Shown: positions 7,594 through 16,134, counted from the stretch's first letter. The stretch is 18,564 bases of DNA from an uncultured Thermococci archaeon (GCA_964615185.1 CAZTOS010000048.1:1-18564); one strand, 5' to 3'. Notes: generated by a model from the letters alone, not told the origin. Translations and numbers: made by a program.

Positions 7594-7630
7594 AATATAA
7601 TCGTGAGTCGAAAAATATAAAAAGGTTTCG
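7579..7630 (-). promoter_or_regulatory. BRE-TATA promoter (probably leaderless mRNA) plus imperfect 36-bp palindrome across the start codon of ATPase 2
   Basis: Minus strand reads CGAAACCTTTTTATA (7630-7616). 7579-7614 TTTTCGAATCTTCATAAT|ATAATCGTGAGTCGAAAA has 13/18 Watson-Crick pairs, with the outer 7 perfect. Confidence 0.6.
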
Positions 7631-7706
7631 CTGAGGTTCTCAAAGTTATTCTCATCCTTTCCAAGTCTGTTAAAACCCAGATGTCTTGTTCTTTTTCCAT
7701 AGAGAA

Positions 7707-8145
7707 CTACTTTATTTCCAAATCTATTTAAATGCACCCTCTCCCACATTATTTCTTCTTTTCTGTGCTCTGGTTTTTCAGCTGGGTATCCAATCCCACT
7801 GATGCAGAGAATTTTTAGGAGTTCTCGGACTTCTCATCATCCTGCATCCTTTCGTGTATATGGCCCCAGCAGACACCTAAACCCAAGGCAGTTGCTGCCA
7901 GCTAAATGTGCTCAGCAACTATTGAGCAGTCCTCTCATCCCCACAGACAACTATCGAGCGGGTCTTGTTTTAGAAATTTATTAACTCTCTATCGTCAACA
8001 ATCACAAAATGCCAAGGCTTTCTGTTCTTTGAGTTTGGGGAATAAAAGCCGCTTCAAGAATTTTCTCTACGTATTCCCTTGGCACTTTTCCCTCCTGATA
8101 CTTTCTAATGCTCCTCCTCTTCTTAACCACTTCAAAGAAATCCAT
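7707..8145 (-). pseudogene. Nitroreductase-family flavoprotein pseudogene
   Basis: GGTGA RBS, ATG 8145 MDFFEVVKKRRSIRKY...ILEAAF/fs/SPNSKNRKPWHFVIVDDREL.../AIVVCGDE/DCSIVAEHI*LAATALGLGVCWGH...DDEK/VRELLKI/LCISGIGYPAEKPEH...WERVHLNRFGNK. Shows the hallmark RRSIR, P-S-N-PWHF, LGLG-CW and GYP motifs, with frameshifts, a TAG at 7902-7904 and several short deletions. Confidence 0.9.
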
Positions 8146-8194
8146 GGAATCACCCTAGGAATCTCGAAGATAGCTTTATCAAAATTTCGTGAAC

Positions 8195-8217
8195 AAAAGA
8201 TAGAAGGAAAATTAAAA
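8195..8217 (-). terminator. Probable oligo-T terminator after the nso/nfn operon
   Basis: Minus strand TTTTAATTTTCCTTCTATCTTTT just after the stop at 8224. Confidence 0.45.
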
Positions 8218-8223
8218 GGTCAG

Positions 8224-11091
8224 TTAAAAGTTAAACAGACTTTTAACATCGTACTGTGCTTTTCTTGCCTTTCTCACTTTCAACTTCATTCCAAAGGCGT
8301 TTGTGACTGTTCCTTCTTTTTCCGCCCAGAGTCCACTTGGTAGTATTAGGTATTCGCCTTTTAGCTTACTTATTACAGGTGAGTTTCCTATGATGACGTA
8401 AGCCTCTGCCTCTGGTATGCCCGTAACTCCTGCCTTTATTAATCCCGCAGCATTCACTCCATCGTGGAGGATTAAAGTCGGCACGTCCATAGGCTCAGCC
8501 GGACCTTCAATTATTGCCACTTCGTAGCCTTCTTCCACTATCTCCTTGCCCTTCAATAGTACCTTTAGGAGAGGATATTTCTCTACGTTAGCTTTTAGGA
8601 GGACGCGCTTTGCATTTCTAATGTCTTCAAGAGTTGCGGTTGAAGTTCCACCATCAACGGTTGAGCCTATTGGAATTCCCCTTCTTTCTGCAAGCTCTTT
8701 GAAGAACGCTATCTCTTCATTTGTGAGAGATGGGGTGAGTATTATGGCATATTCTTTTTCTTTTAGGAACTTTTCAGCGTCTTCCCAGCTTATAGCATTT
8801 CCGTTCAAAATTGGCTGGGTAAGGTCTTGAGCCCATGGTCTTTCAAAGCGGCAGTAATCGCAGATGTATCCATTCCACGAGTCTTTTCTGCTTGAAGCCC
8901 TAACTAAGATGTCGTTGTAGACCTCTATGTTCATCTCACACGCAAATGAACATCCGTTGCAGACTGTTTTCACCGGTTGGGTCTTCCAAGGTCCGGGCTT
9001 GACGAACGGAAGCTTCTCGGTTATAGCACCTACTGGACAGATGTCTATCATCTCCCCGATGAACTTGCCCTCCATGTCTCCAAGGGTCTCCCCAAGTGGC
9101 GGTGAGATTCTCGTCTTAAATCCGCGGAAGAGGTAGTCCAACACTCCCTCCCCGGCTATTTCGTGGGTAAAGTTGACGCACTGGCCGCAAAGAACGCACT
9201 TGTTGTTGTCTAGCACAACATTGGGATGAGTTTCGTCTATCTCGAACTTGTTCTGCTCTCCCACAAAGGCATCCTGTTTTGCATCATAGAGCGTTGCATA
9301 CTCCCTAAGCTTGCATCTGAAAACCTCCATACATCCGCAGCTCATGCACCTCTGAGCTTCTCTAAGAACCATTTCCTCGTCCATAGTTGGTTCCACTTCT
9401 TCAAAGTTCCTCTTTCTAATTTCTGGGTCGAGGAGCTTTACTTTTGCCCTTGGCTTTCTCTCCACATGTTCATAATCTTTCTCCGTCACTTTCTTCCAGT
9501 GGTTGTAGGGCCTTAAGTCAAAGAGCACTCTGTAAAGGTCTTCATCATGTATTACTTCCTCAATGTGCTTTGATGGGTTCAGAAGCACTTCTCTTGCCTT
9601 TTCGAGCTTACCCTTGAGATAGAGATCTATCATTATCGCCGCCCTTCTTCCGGTTGCAATGCTCTCTATAACTGTTGATGGCCCGAGAACGAGGTCGCCA
9701 CCTGCAAAGACACCCGGGATATTAGTTTGGAGGGTTATTTCATCCACCAGAGCTTTCCCACGTTTTGCCTCAATGCCAAGAGCTCTAAGGAACTCTTCAT
9801 CACAGTACTGGCCTATTGCGAGAATAACGTTATCCGCTTTCACCCGAAATTCTGATCCTTCAATTGGAATTGGCCTTCTTCTGCCAGATGCATCTGGTTC
9901 GCCCAGTTTCATTTTTATGAGTTCAACCTCTTCCACTTTCTCCTTACCAATGATTTTTACGGGATTAGTAAGGAACATGAACTTGACCCCTTCTTCCTCC
10001 GCCTCTTTTACTTCCCTTGGATTTGCGGGCATTTCCTTTCTTGAGCGACGATAAACTACTGTAACCTCGGCACCAAGCCTTAAAGCCGTCCTTGCAACGT
10101 CCATTGCAGTGTTTCCACCGCCTACCACAATTACTCTTTCTCCGAGCTTTACCTCCTCGCCCATGTTAACCTTTCTGAGAAACTCTATCCCGTGCATTAC
10201 TCCTTCGAGCTCTTCTCCTTCTATTCTCATCTTTCTGCTCTTCCAGGCGCCAATCCCAAGAAACACCGCATCGTATTTTTCTCTAAGCTCGTTCAGTGTG
10301 ATATCTCTTCCAAGAGCCGTATTGGTTTTTACCTCTATTCCGGTGTCTATTACGGTTTTTATGTCCTTATCGAGAATATCTCTTGGAAGTCTGTAGGGTG
10401 GGATACCATAGCGCATCATACCGCCAAGCTGAGGCATTGCCTCTATTATGGTCACTTCGTGTCCCATTGTTCTGAGGTAGTAGGCACATGCCAGTCCTGC
10501 GGGTCCACCACCAACAACTGCCACCCTCTTCCCAGTCGAAGGGGGAATTTCCGGCATCCAGGGACCATTTTCAAGATCATAATCTGCTGCGAACCTTTTC
10601 AGCTGTCGTATTGCTAAGGGCTCATCTACAAGGTTTCTTCTGCATTCATCTTCACAAAATGCCGGGCAAACTCTTCCAAGAACTGCGGGTAGGATAAATT
10701 TCTCTTTCATTAGCTTCACTGCATCGTGGTACCTCCCCAGGGCAATTAATGCAAGGTATCCCTGAACGTCGCTATGTGCGGGGCATCCCTGCTGACAAGG
10801 TCCTATACAATCACCGTAATGATCGGAAAGAATTAGCTCCAAAGCCGTTCTTCTCATCTCTATTATTTCATCGCTCAAAGTCTCGATTGAAAGTCCTTCT
10901 GTAGGTTTGAGAGTACAGGATGTTGTGATTCCCCTTGGGGTTTTCACCAGACAGAGACGGCATGAGCCATAAGGATCAATTGCTTCATTATAGCAGAACC
11001 CCGGTATGTGGGTTATCTCTCTGAGGAACTCAATAAGCGGCTTTTCTTCGGGAACATCAAATTCTTTCCCGTTGATCGTAACCTTGACCAT
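8224..11091 (-). CDS. nsoC: NuoG/FdhA-N-type Fe-S scaffold with inserted GltD-like FAD/NADPH domain (NsoC; catalytic subunit of NfnABC/Bfu-type complex)
   Basis: 2Fe-2S (GFC...SCRLC...TSC), HYGDCIGPCQQGCP, GRVCPAFCEDEC, GGGPAG (FAD), GGGNTAMD...YRRSR (NADPH), RCMSCGC, KCVLCGQC, CNGCSFAC...C, and a truncated Mo-pterin-like tail. GGAGGGTGA RBS places the start at ATG 11091 (MVKVTING). Confidence 0.9.
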   Translation of the reverse strand: MVKVTINGKEFDVPEEKPLIEFLREITHIPGFCYNEAIDPYGSCRLCLVKTPRGITTSCTLKPTEGLSIETLSDEIIEMRRTALELILSDHYGDCIGPCQQGCPAHSDVQGYLALIALGRYHDAVKLMKEKFILPAVLGRVCPAFCEDECRRNLVDEPLAIRQLKRFAADYDLENGPWMPEIPPSTGKRVAVVGGGPAGLACAYYLRTMGHEVTIIEAMPQLGGMMRYGIPPYRLPRDILDKDIKTVIDTGIEVKTNTALGRDITLNELREKYDAVFLGIGAWKSRKMRIEGEELEGVMHGIEFLRKVNMGEEVKLGERVIVVGGGNTAMDVARTALRLGAEVTVVYRRSRKEMPANPREVKEAEEEGVKFMFLTNPVKIIGKEKVEEVELIKMKLGEPDASGRRRPIPIEGSEFRVKADNVILAIGQYCDEEFLRALGIEAKRGKALVDEITLQTNIPGVFAGGDLVLGPSTVIESIATGRRAAIMIDLYLKGKLEKAREVLLNPSKHIEEVIHDEDLYRVLFDLRPYNHWKKVTEKDYEHVERKPRAKVKLLDPEIRKRNFEEVEPTMDEEMVLREAQRCMSCGCMEVFRCKLREYATLYDAKQDAFVGEQNKFEIDETHPNVVLDNNKCVLCGQCVNFTHEIAGEGVLDYLFRGFKTRISPPLGETLGDMEGKFIGEMIDICPVGAITEKLPFVKPGPWKTQPVKTVCNGCSFACEMNIEVYNDILVRASSRKDSWNGYICDYCRFERPWAQDLTQPILNGNAISWEDAEKFLKEKEYAIILTPSLTNEEIAFFKELAERRGIPIGSTVDGGTSTATLEDIRNAKRVLLKANVEKYPLLKVLLKGKEIVEEGYEVAIIEGPAEPMDVPTLILHDGVNAAGLIKAGVTGIPEAEAYVIIGNSPVISKLKGEYLILPSGLWAEKEGTVTNAFGMKLKVRKARKAQYDVKSLFNF

Positions 11092-11092
11092 C

Positions 11093-12898
11093 TCAATCAC
11101 CCTCCTTAGCATCAACTATCTCTATTGCATTGAAGCGGCACACTTCATAGCATGTTCCGCACTTTATGCAGGTTTCCTGGTTAATTATGTGCGGCTTTCC
11201 TCTCTCTCCACTGATGGCTTTTACTGGACACATTATCGCACACGCAGTACAGCCCGTGCACTTGTCGGTAATTATAACGTATTTTATGAGAGGCTTACAA
11301 ACTTTGGCGGGACACCTTCCTTCTATATGGGCCAGATACTCGTCTCTGAAGTATTTAAGGGTCGTAAGAACTGGATTTGGTGCCGTTTGTCCAAGACCGC
11401 ATAGAGAACCTGCTTTGACCATTAGTGCAAGCTTCTCCAGCTTTTCAAGGTCTTCCAGAGTTCCTTCGCCTTTGCTAATCTTATCCAGAATCTCCCACAT
11501 CCTTTTTGTTCCCAAACGACAGAATGTGCACTTTCCACATGATTCCTTCACGGTGAAGTCCAAGAAGAATTTTGCAACATCTACCATGCACGTGTCTTCG
11601 TCCATAACCACCATTCCACCGCTTCCCATTATTGCACCCGTTGCAGTGACGCTCTCGTAATCAACGGGAGTGTCAAAGAGATAATCGGGAATACATCCTC
11701 CAGATGGGCCTCCAAGCTGTACGGCCTTTATCTTCTTGCCCGTCTTTGTTCCTCCTCCAATGTCGTATAGTATTTCTCTTAGAGTGATTCCCATTGGGAC
11801 CTCTACATTCCCGCCATGCTTGATCTTTCCAGAAAGAGCGAAGACCTTTGTGCCCTTGCTTTTTTCGGTTCCCAAAGATGCGTAGGCTTCCCATCCATGC
11901 TTTATTATCCAAGGTACATTTGCCCAAGTTTCAACATTGTTTATATTGGTTGGCTTACCCCAGAGGCCTTTTTGGGCTGGATAAGGTGGCCTCGGCCTTG
12001 GCATCCCTCTCTTACCTTCAATAGACGCCATTAGTGCAGTTTCTTCTCCACATACAAAGGCTCCGGCACCTTCTTTTATAGTGATGTCGAAGGAAAATCC
12101 ACTTCCCAAGATGTTCTCTCCTAAGAATCCTTTTTCTCTTGCCTGCTTTAAAGCGATTTTGAGCCTTTTTACTGCCAGAGGGTATTCAGCACGAACATAG
12201 ATAAACCCTTTTGTAGCTCCAATAGCATAAGCCCCTATTATCATTCCCTCTATAACTCTATGGGGATCCCCTTCAAGCACGTTTCTGTCCATAAAGGCTC
12301 CGGGGTCTCCCTCGTCGGCATTGCACACAATGTATTTTTCATCTCCCGGGGCCTCTCTGGTGAATTTCCATTTAAGCCCTGTTGGAAATCCTGCTCCACC
12401 TCTTCCCCTAAGCCCGGATTTTATAATGATATCTATTATCTCTTCGGGCTTCATTTTGAGAGCCTTTTTGAGTGCTTCGTAACCACCGACAGCTATGTAC
12501 TCGTCTATGTTTTCGGGGTCTATGTATCCCGAATTTTCCAAAACTATTTTTTTCTGCTTTGCAAAATACCCATCGATGTCCCAAGTTTTCCTTTCTCCGT
12601 TTTCCCACCAGTCCCTTTTGACAATCCACTCTTTTATGGGTTTTCCGTTTATAACGTGCTCTTCTATTATTCGCGGCACTCTATCGGGTGTAACGTGGCC
12701 ATAGGTAATGATTTCGTTCTCGGTAATAACGTCAAGAAGAGGTTCTCTATAGCACATCCCTACGCAGCCTACTATTTTGAGCTTGATGTCGAGGTTTCTC
12801 TTCTCCAGTTCTTCTTTCACGGCTTCATACGTTTCTTTAGCTCCGGCTGCGATTCCACAGGAGTTCATTCCCACAGCGATAGCCTTAATTTCAGACAT
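11093..12898 (-). CDS. nsoB: NuoF/HydB-like FMN/NADH-binding subunit (NsoB / BfuB-type)
   Basis: N-terminal thioredoxin-like Fe-S domain (SCGIAAGA, GCVGMC), GRGGAGFP, CNADEGDPGAFMD, GAFVCGEETAL, GGPSGGC, SCGKCTFCR...SLCG, HIEGRCPAKVC, and two C-terminal CxxCxxCxxxC motifs. Confidence 0.93.
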   Translation of the reverse strand: MSEIKAIAVGMNSCGIAAGAKETYEAVKEELEKRNLDIKLKIVGCVGMCYREPLLDVITENEIITYGHVTPDRVPRIIEEHVINGKPIKEWIVKRDWWENGERKTWDIDGYFAKQKKIVLENSGYIDPENIDEYIAVGGYEALKKALKMKPEEIIDIIIKSGLRGRGGAGFPTGLKWKFTREAPGDEKYIVCNADEGDPGAFMDRNVLEGDPHRVIEGMIIGAYAIGATKGFIYVRAEYPLAVKRLKIALKQAREKGFLGENILGSGFSFDITIKEGAGAFVCGEETALMASIEGKRGMPRPRPPYPAQKGLWGKPTNINNVETWANVPWIIKHGWEAYASLGTEKSKGTKVFALSGKIKHGGNVEVPMGITLREILYDIGGGTKTGKKIKAVQLGGPSGGCIPDYLFDTPVDYESVTATGAIMGSGGMVVMDEDTCMVDVAKFFLDFTVKESCGKCTFCRLGTKRMWEILDKISKGEGTLEDLEKLEKLALMVKAGSLCGLGQTAPNPVLTTLKYFRDEYLAHIEGRCPAKVCKPLIKYVIITDKCTGCTACAIMCPVKAISGERGKPHIINQETCIKCGTCYEVCRFNAIEIVDAKEGD

Positions 12899-13355
12899 TG
12901 AGTTTCCCCTCTTTGAGATTTCTAATGATTTTTCTAACCTTATCAGGCGTTAATTTTCCATAAACCTTTCCGTTTATCATTATGACAGGAGCTAAGCTGC
13001 AGCAGCCAAGGCAAGCCACTCTTTCAAGAGTTATGAGGCCATCAGGGGTTGTTTGACCTTCTTCAATCCCCACTTCTTCTCTTATAGCTTGGGAGATGTT
13101 CACTGCACCATTAACATGGCAAGCCGTTCCATGGCATATCCTTATCACGTACTTACCAAGCGGTTCAAAGCGGAATTGAGCATAGAAAGTCGCTACTCCA
13201 TAAACCCTGCTTAGGGGAATGTTTAAATATTTAGAAATTTCTTCGAGGGCTTCTTTAGGCAGATAGCCAAATATTTCTTGAGTTTTCTGCAACAATGGGA
13301 TCAGAGAGCTGGGATTCCGCTCATAACGGTAGATGTAGTCGAATTTGGGATTCAT
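12891..13355 (-). CDS. nsoA: NuoE/HydC-like 2Fe-2S subunit (NsoA / BfuC-type)
   Basis: VYGVATFYAQF, ICHGTACHV, ACLGCCSLAP. The GGTGA RBS favours ATG 13355. Overlaps nsoB by 8 nt. Confidence 0.93.
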   Translation of the reverse strand: MNPKFDYIYRYERNPSSLIPLLQKTQEIFGYLPKEALEEISKYLNIPLSRVYGVATFYAQFRFEPLGKYVIRICHGTACHVNGAVNISQAIREEVGIEEGQTTPDGLITLERVACLGCCSLAPVIMINGKVYGKLTPDKVRKIIRNLKEGKLNV

Positions 13356-13402
13356 AACTATCACCTTATACTGCCATTCACGATATTTTTATTGCATTAA
13401 GA

Positions 13403-13417
13403 CTTATAAATGCACAT
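13403..13417 (-). promoter_or_regulatory. Putative TATA box of the nso operon
   Basis: Minus strand ATGTGCATTTATAAG; TTTATAA lies ~50 nt upstream of the nsoA start. Confidence 0.45.
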
Positions 13418-13427
13418 TAAAGTATAT

Positions 13428-13464
13428 GTTTGTAACATTTGGTTGGTCACCTTATGTTTAAAAA
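13428..13464. promoter_or_regulatory. SurR binding site array (GTTn3AACn5GTT plus further phased half-sites)
   Basis: GTT-TGT-AAC-ATTTG-GTT-GGT-CAC-CTTAT-GTT-TAA-AAA, with GTT at 13428, 13442 and 13456 (14-bp period). It lies between two redox operons of the kind known to be SurR-controlled. Confidence 0.75.
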
Positions 13465-13474
13465 ATTCTTAAAT
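13460..13474 (+). promoter_or_regulatory. Putative BRE-TATA of the hydrogenase operon
   Basis: AAAAAATTCTTAAAT about 55 nt upstream of the shyB start. Confidence 0.45.
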
Positions 13475-13525
13475 CGAACCTTTACAAACATACATTACTA
13501 CTAAAATGGAATTTGGGTGATTACC

Positions 13526-14530
13526 TTGAGGTATGTAAAGCTTCCATCTGAGAATTTTGAAGAATTCTTTAATTCTCTAAAAAGATGGGGGACAGTTTAT
13601 GCTCCAGTAAAACAGGGAAATATTTATGCCTTTAAGCGAGTTGATACCTTAGGAGAAGTTTCATTAAACTACACCCGCACCATGCTACCTCCAAAAAAGT
13701 TCTTTGTTCGTCCAAAAGATACTCTTTTGAAGCTAAAAAACGGTAGATGGGAAGAAATCAGAGAGGTTGAAAAGATAGTCCTCTTTGGTGTTCATTCATG
13801 TGACATTCATGGATTGCAAATATTGGATAAAGTTTATCTCAATGAGCCTGTTGACCCATACTACAAAGCAAGGAGGGAAAATACAGTCATCATAGGCATA
13901 AGCTGCATGCCTGATGAGTATTGCTTCTGTAAGAGCTTAGGTACCCACTTTGCAATGCATGGCTTTGACTTGTTCTTGCATGAGCTTCCAGATGGGTGGC
14001 TTGTTAGAGTTGGAAGTGTAAAAGGGCATGAAATAGCATGGGCAAATGAAAGCCTTTTTGAAGAGATTGATGAAGAGGATCTGAAACACTTCAAAGAGTT
14101 TGAAGAAAAGCGCTCTGCTTCATTCAAAAAGCATTTGAATAAAGAAGGATTAGCTGATATGCTGGATTTGGCATTTGATAGTCCAGTGTGGGAAAAGTAT
14201 GAGCGTATTTGTCTTGGCTGTGGGAACTGCAACATGGTGTGTCCAACATGCAGATGCTATGAGGTCTGTGACTACTGGATAAATGCATATGAGGCAGTGA
14301 GAGTCAGGAGATATGATTCTTGTTTCATGGAAAGCCATGGACTTGTGGCAGGTGGTCACAACTTCAGACCAACACGTTTGGATAGATTTAGGCACCGATA
14401 CTACTGTAAAAGCTATTTTGATCCATCTGCGGGCTTCAACTGCGTAGGTTGTGGAAGATGTGATGAGTTCTGTCCAGCTAAGATAGAGCATGTTAAGGTT
14501 CTTGACGAAATTAGGGAGGCATTAAAATGA
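13526..14530 (+). CDS. shyB: Soluble NiFe hydrogenase II (sulfhydrogenase II) beta subunit
   Basis: TTG start after GGTGA gives MRYVKL. Motifs LPPKKFF, GVHSCD, CMPDEYCFC, CLGCGNCNMVCPTCRC, CVGCGRCDEFCP. Length and sequence resemble SHII rather than SHI beta. Confidence 0.92.
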   Translation: MRYVKLPSENFEEFFNSLKRWGTVYAPVKQGNIYAFKRVDTLGEVSLNYTRTMLPPKKFFVRPKDTLLKLKNGRWEEIREVEKIVLFGVHSCDIHGLQILDKVYLNEPVDPYYKARRENTVIIGISCMPDEYCFCKSLGTHFAMHGFDLFLHELPDGWLVRVGSVKGHEIAWANESLFEEIDEEDLKHFKEFEEKRSASFKKHLNKEGLADMLDLAFDSPVWEKYERICLGCGNCNMVCPTCRCYEVCDYWINAYEAVRVRRYDSCFMESHGLVAGGHNFRPTRLDRFRHRYYCKSYFDPSAGFNCVGCGRCDEFCPAKIEHVKVLDEIREALK

Positions 14531-15396
14531 ACCCGTTTCAAACTTATGATGCGAGAATTTTGGAGGTAAAGGAGCTTACACCGAGGGAGAAGCTTTTTAC
14601 ACTAAGATTTGTTGATCCAGAAATTAACAGGGAATTTACATACAAGCCCGGTCAGTTTGTTATAGTTGATATTCGAGGCTTTGGAGAGTTCCCAATAAGT
14701 CTGTGCTCATCCCCCACAAGAACAGGGTATTTCCAGCTGTGTATAAGAAGGGTAGGAAGGATGACAAAATACATGCATACACTTAAGGAAGGGGACATTA
14801 TCGGCATTCGTGGACCATACGGTAATGGCTTTCCAATGGAAGAGATGGAAGGTTCCAATCTGCTCTTAGTCGCTGGGGGGCTTGGGATGGCTCCATTGAG
14901 AAGTGTTCTTTGGTATGCCATTGACAGCGGAAAATACGAGCAGATATATCTATTCTATGGAACGAAAAGCTATGAGGACATTCTATTTAGAGATGAAATC
15001 ATTCACCTCCTGAAGCATGGAGAGGCTATGAACTGTAAAGTAAAGCTTGCTTATGAAGTTGAAAGCCCCTCATGCATTTATCTGGAAAAGGGCTTTGCTC
15101 CTAAGGTCTGCAAAGGTGTTGTAACAGATTTATTCAGAGGAGAAGAGTTTGACGTAGAAAATACTTATGCTTTAATCTGCGGGCCTCCAGTGATGTATAA
15201 GTTTGTTATAAAGGAGCTTTTGGGCAGAAAGCTCTCTCCAGGCAGGATTTACATGACACTTGAGAGGAGAATGAGATGTGGAATAGGCAAGTGCGGTCAC
15301 TGTATTGTGGGAACAAGCACGTCAATAAAGTATATCTGCAAAGATGGGCCGGTCTTCACGTATTGGGAAGCTCTTTCTACAAGGGGGTTGATTTAA
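14527..15396 (+). CDS. shyC: Soluble hydrogenase II gamma subunit (FAD/NAD(P), 2Fe-2S)
   Basis: PGQF, PISLCSSP, RGPYGNGF, AGGLGMAP, CGPPVM, MRCGIGKCGHC...CKDGPVF. ATGA-type overlap with shyB. Confidence 0.92.
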   Translation: MNPFQTYDARILEVKELTPREKLFTLRFVDPEINREFTYKPGQFVIVDIRGFGEFPISLCSSPTRTGYFQLCIRRVGRMTKYMHTLKEGDIIGIRGPYGNGFPMEEMEGSNLLLVAGGLGMAPLRSVLWYAIDSGKYEQIYLFYGTKSYEDILFRDEIIHLLKHGEAMNCKVKLAYEVESPSCIYLEKGFAPKVCKGVVTDLFRGEEFDVENTYALICGPPVMYKFVIKELLGRKLSPGRIYMTLERRMRCGIGKCGHCIVGTSTSIKYICKDGPVFTYWEALSTRGLI

Positions 15397-16134
15397 ATGC
15401 TGAAGCTGGGAGTTTTTGAGCTGACAGACTGTGGAGGCTGTGCACTTAACATCCTTTTCCTCTATGATAAGCTGTTTGATTTACTCAAGTTTTATGAGAT
15501 CAAGGAGTTTCACATGGCATCAAGCTTTAAGGAGCATGATCACCTTGATGTTGCAATTGTCACCGGAACAGTATCATGCCAGAGGGATCTGGAAGTTTTA
15601 AGGCATGCTCGCAATTATTCCAATTACTTAATTGCATTAGGAACTTGTGCAACTCATGGCTCTGTTCAGGGAGCTGTTGAAGGGAAGATTAGAGATAAGC
15701 TTGAGAAAGTTTATGGAACAAGGGCAAACCCCATGAAGGCTCTTGACCCAAAGCCAGTAATAGAATACGTAGCCGTCGACTTTGCTCTCCCAGGATGTCC
15801 TTATGATAAGATGGAGCTTTATCAACTCCTCATTGACTTGGCAAAAGGCATTGAGCCAGTAAAGAAGGATTATCCAGTCTGTATTGAGTGTAAGCTCAAT
15901 GAATACGAATGCGTTCTTGTGAAAAAAGGAGTGCCCTGTTTGGGTCCGATAACCCTTGGTGGATGTAATGCAGTGTGCATTAAATCGGGATTGGGCTGCA
16001 TTGGATGCAGAGGGCCTTTACCAAAAGATGCGAATCCTGCAAGTGAGTTTGAGATTCTTAAGGAGTTGGGATATGATGAGGAATACATACGAAAGAAGTT
16101 CAAGACATTTGCAAGGGGTGAGCTGAGATGGTGA
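15397..16134 (+). CDS. shyD: Soluble hydrogenase II delta (small) subunit
   Basis: TDCGGC, GTCATHG, PGCP, VCIECK...C, CLGPIT.GGCNAVC...CIGCRG. Confidence 0.92.
   Translation: MLKLGVFELTDCGGCALNILFLYDKLFDLLKFYEIKEFHMASSFKEHDHLDVAIVTGTVSCQRDLEVLRHARNYSNYLIALGTCATHGSVQGAVEGKIRDKLEKVYGTRANPMKALDPKPVIEYVAVDFALPGCPYDKMELYQLLIDLAKGIEPVKKDYPVCIECKLNEYECVLVKKGVPCLGPITLGGCNAVCIKSGLGCIGCRGPLPKDANPASEFEILKELGYDEEYIRKKFKTFARGELRW

Noticed and set aside
7594..7749. 52-aa N-terminal extension of the DUF234 ATPase (MWERVHLNRFG...), or a nitroreductase-ATPase fusion
   Set aside because: It is the broken tail of the nitroreductase pseudogene plus the ATPase's own promoter, in frame by chance. The family-typical start MKIRKFVNR and a TATA box lie at 7593-7623.
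7707..8145. Assigning the nitroreductase remnant as the fourth nso gene (nsoD)
   Set aside because: A T-rich terminator and a separate TATA-like element (TTGATAAA) lie between it and nsoC, and I cannot verify the identity of nsoD from the sequence.
7802..8343. Plus-strand ORFs 7802..7984 and 7906..8343
   Set aside because: They are antisense to the nitroreductase pseudogene and the nsoC end, with no recognisable motifs.
8224..11091. Glutamate synthase small chain or formate dehydrogenase alpha
   Set aside because: No GltB partner, the Mo/W-pterin domain is truncated without an active-site motif, and the context is NuoE/NuoF.
8546..12901. Numerous plus-strand ORFs (60-213 aa) opposite nsoBC, and similar shadow ORFs inside asnA, the ATPases, shy and DUF257
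   Set aside because: They are antisense or alternative-frame shadows of well-supported genes, with no RBS and Ser/Phe-rich non-protein-like composition.
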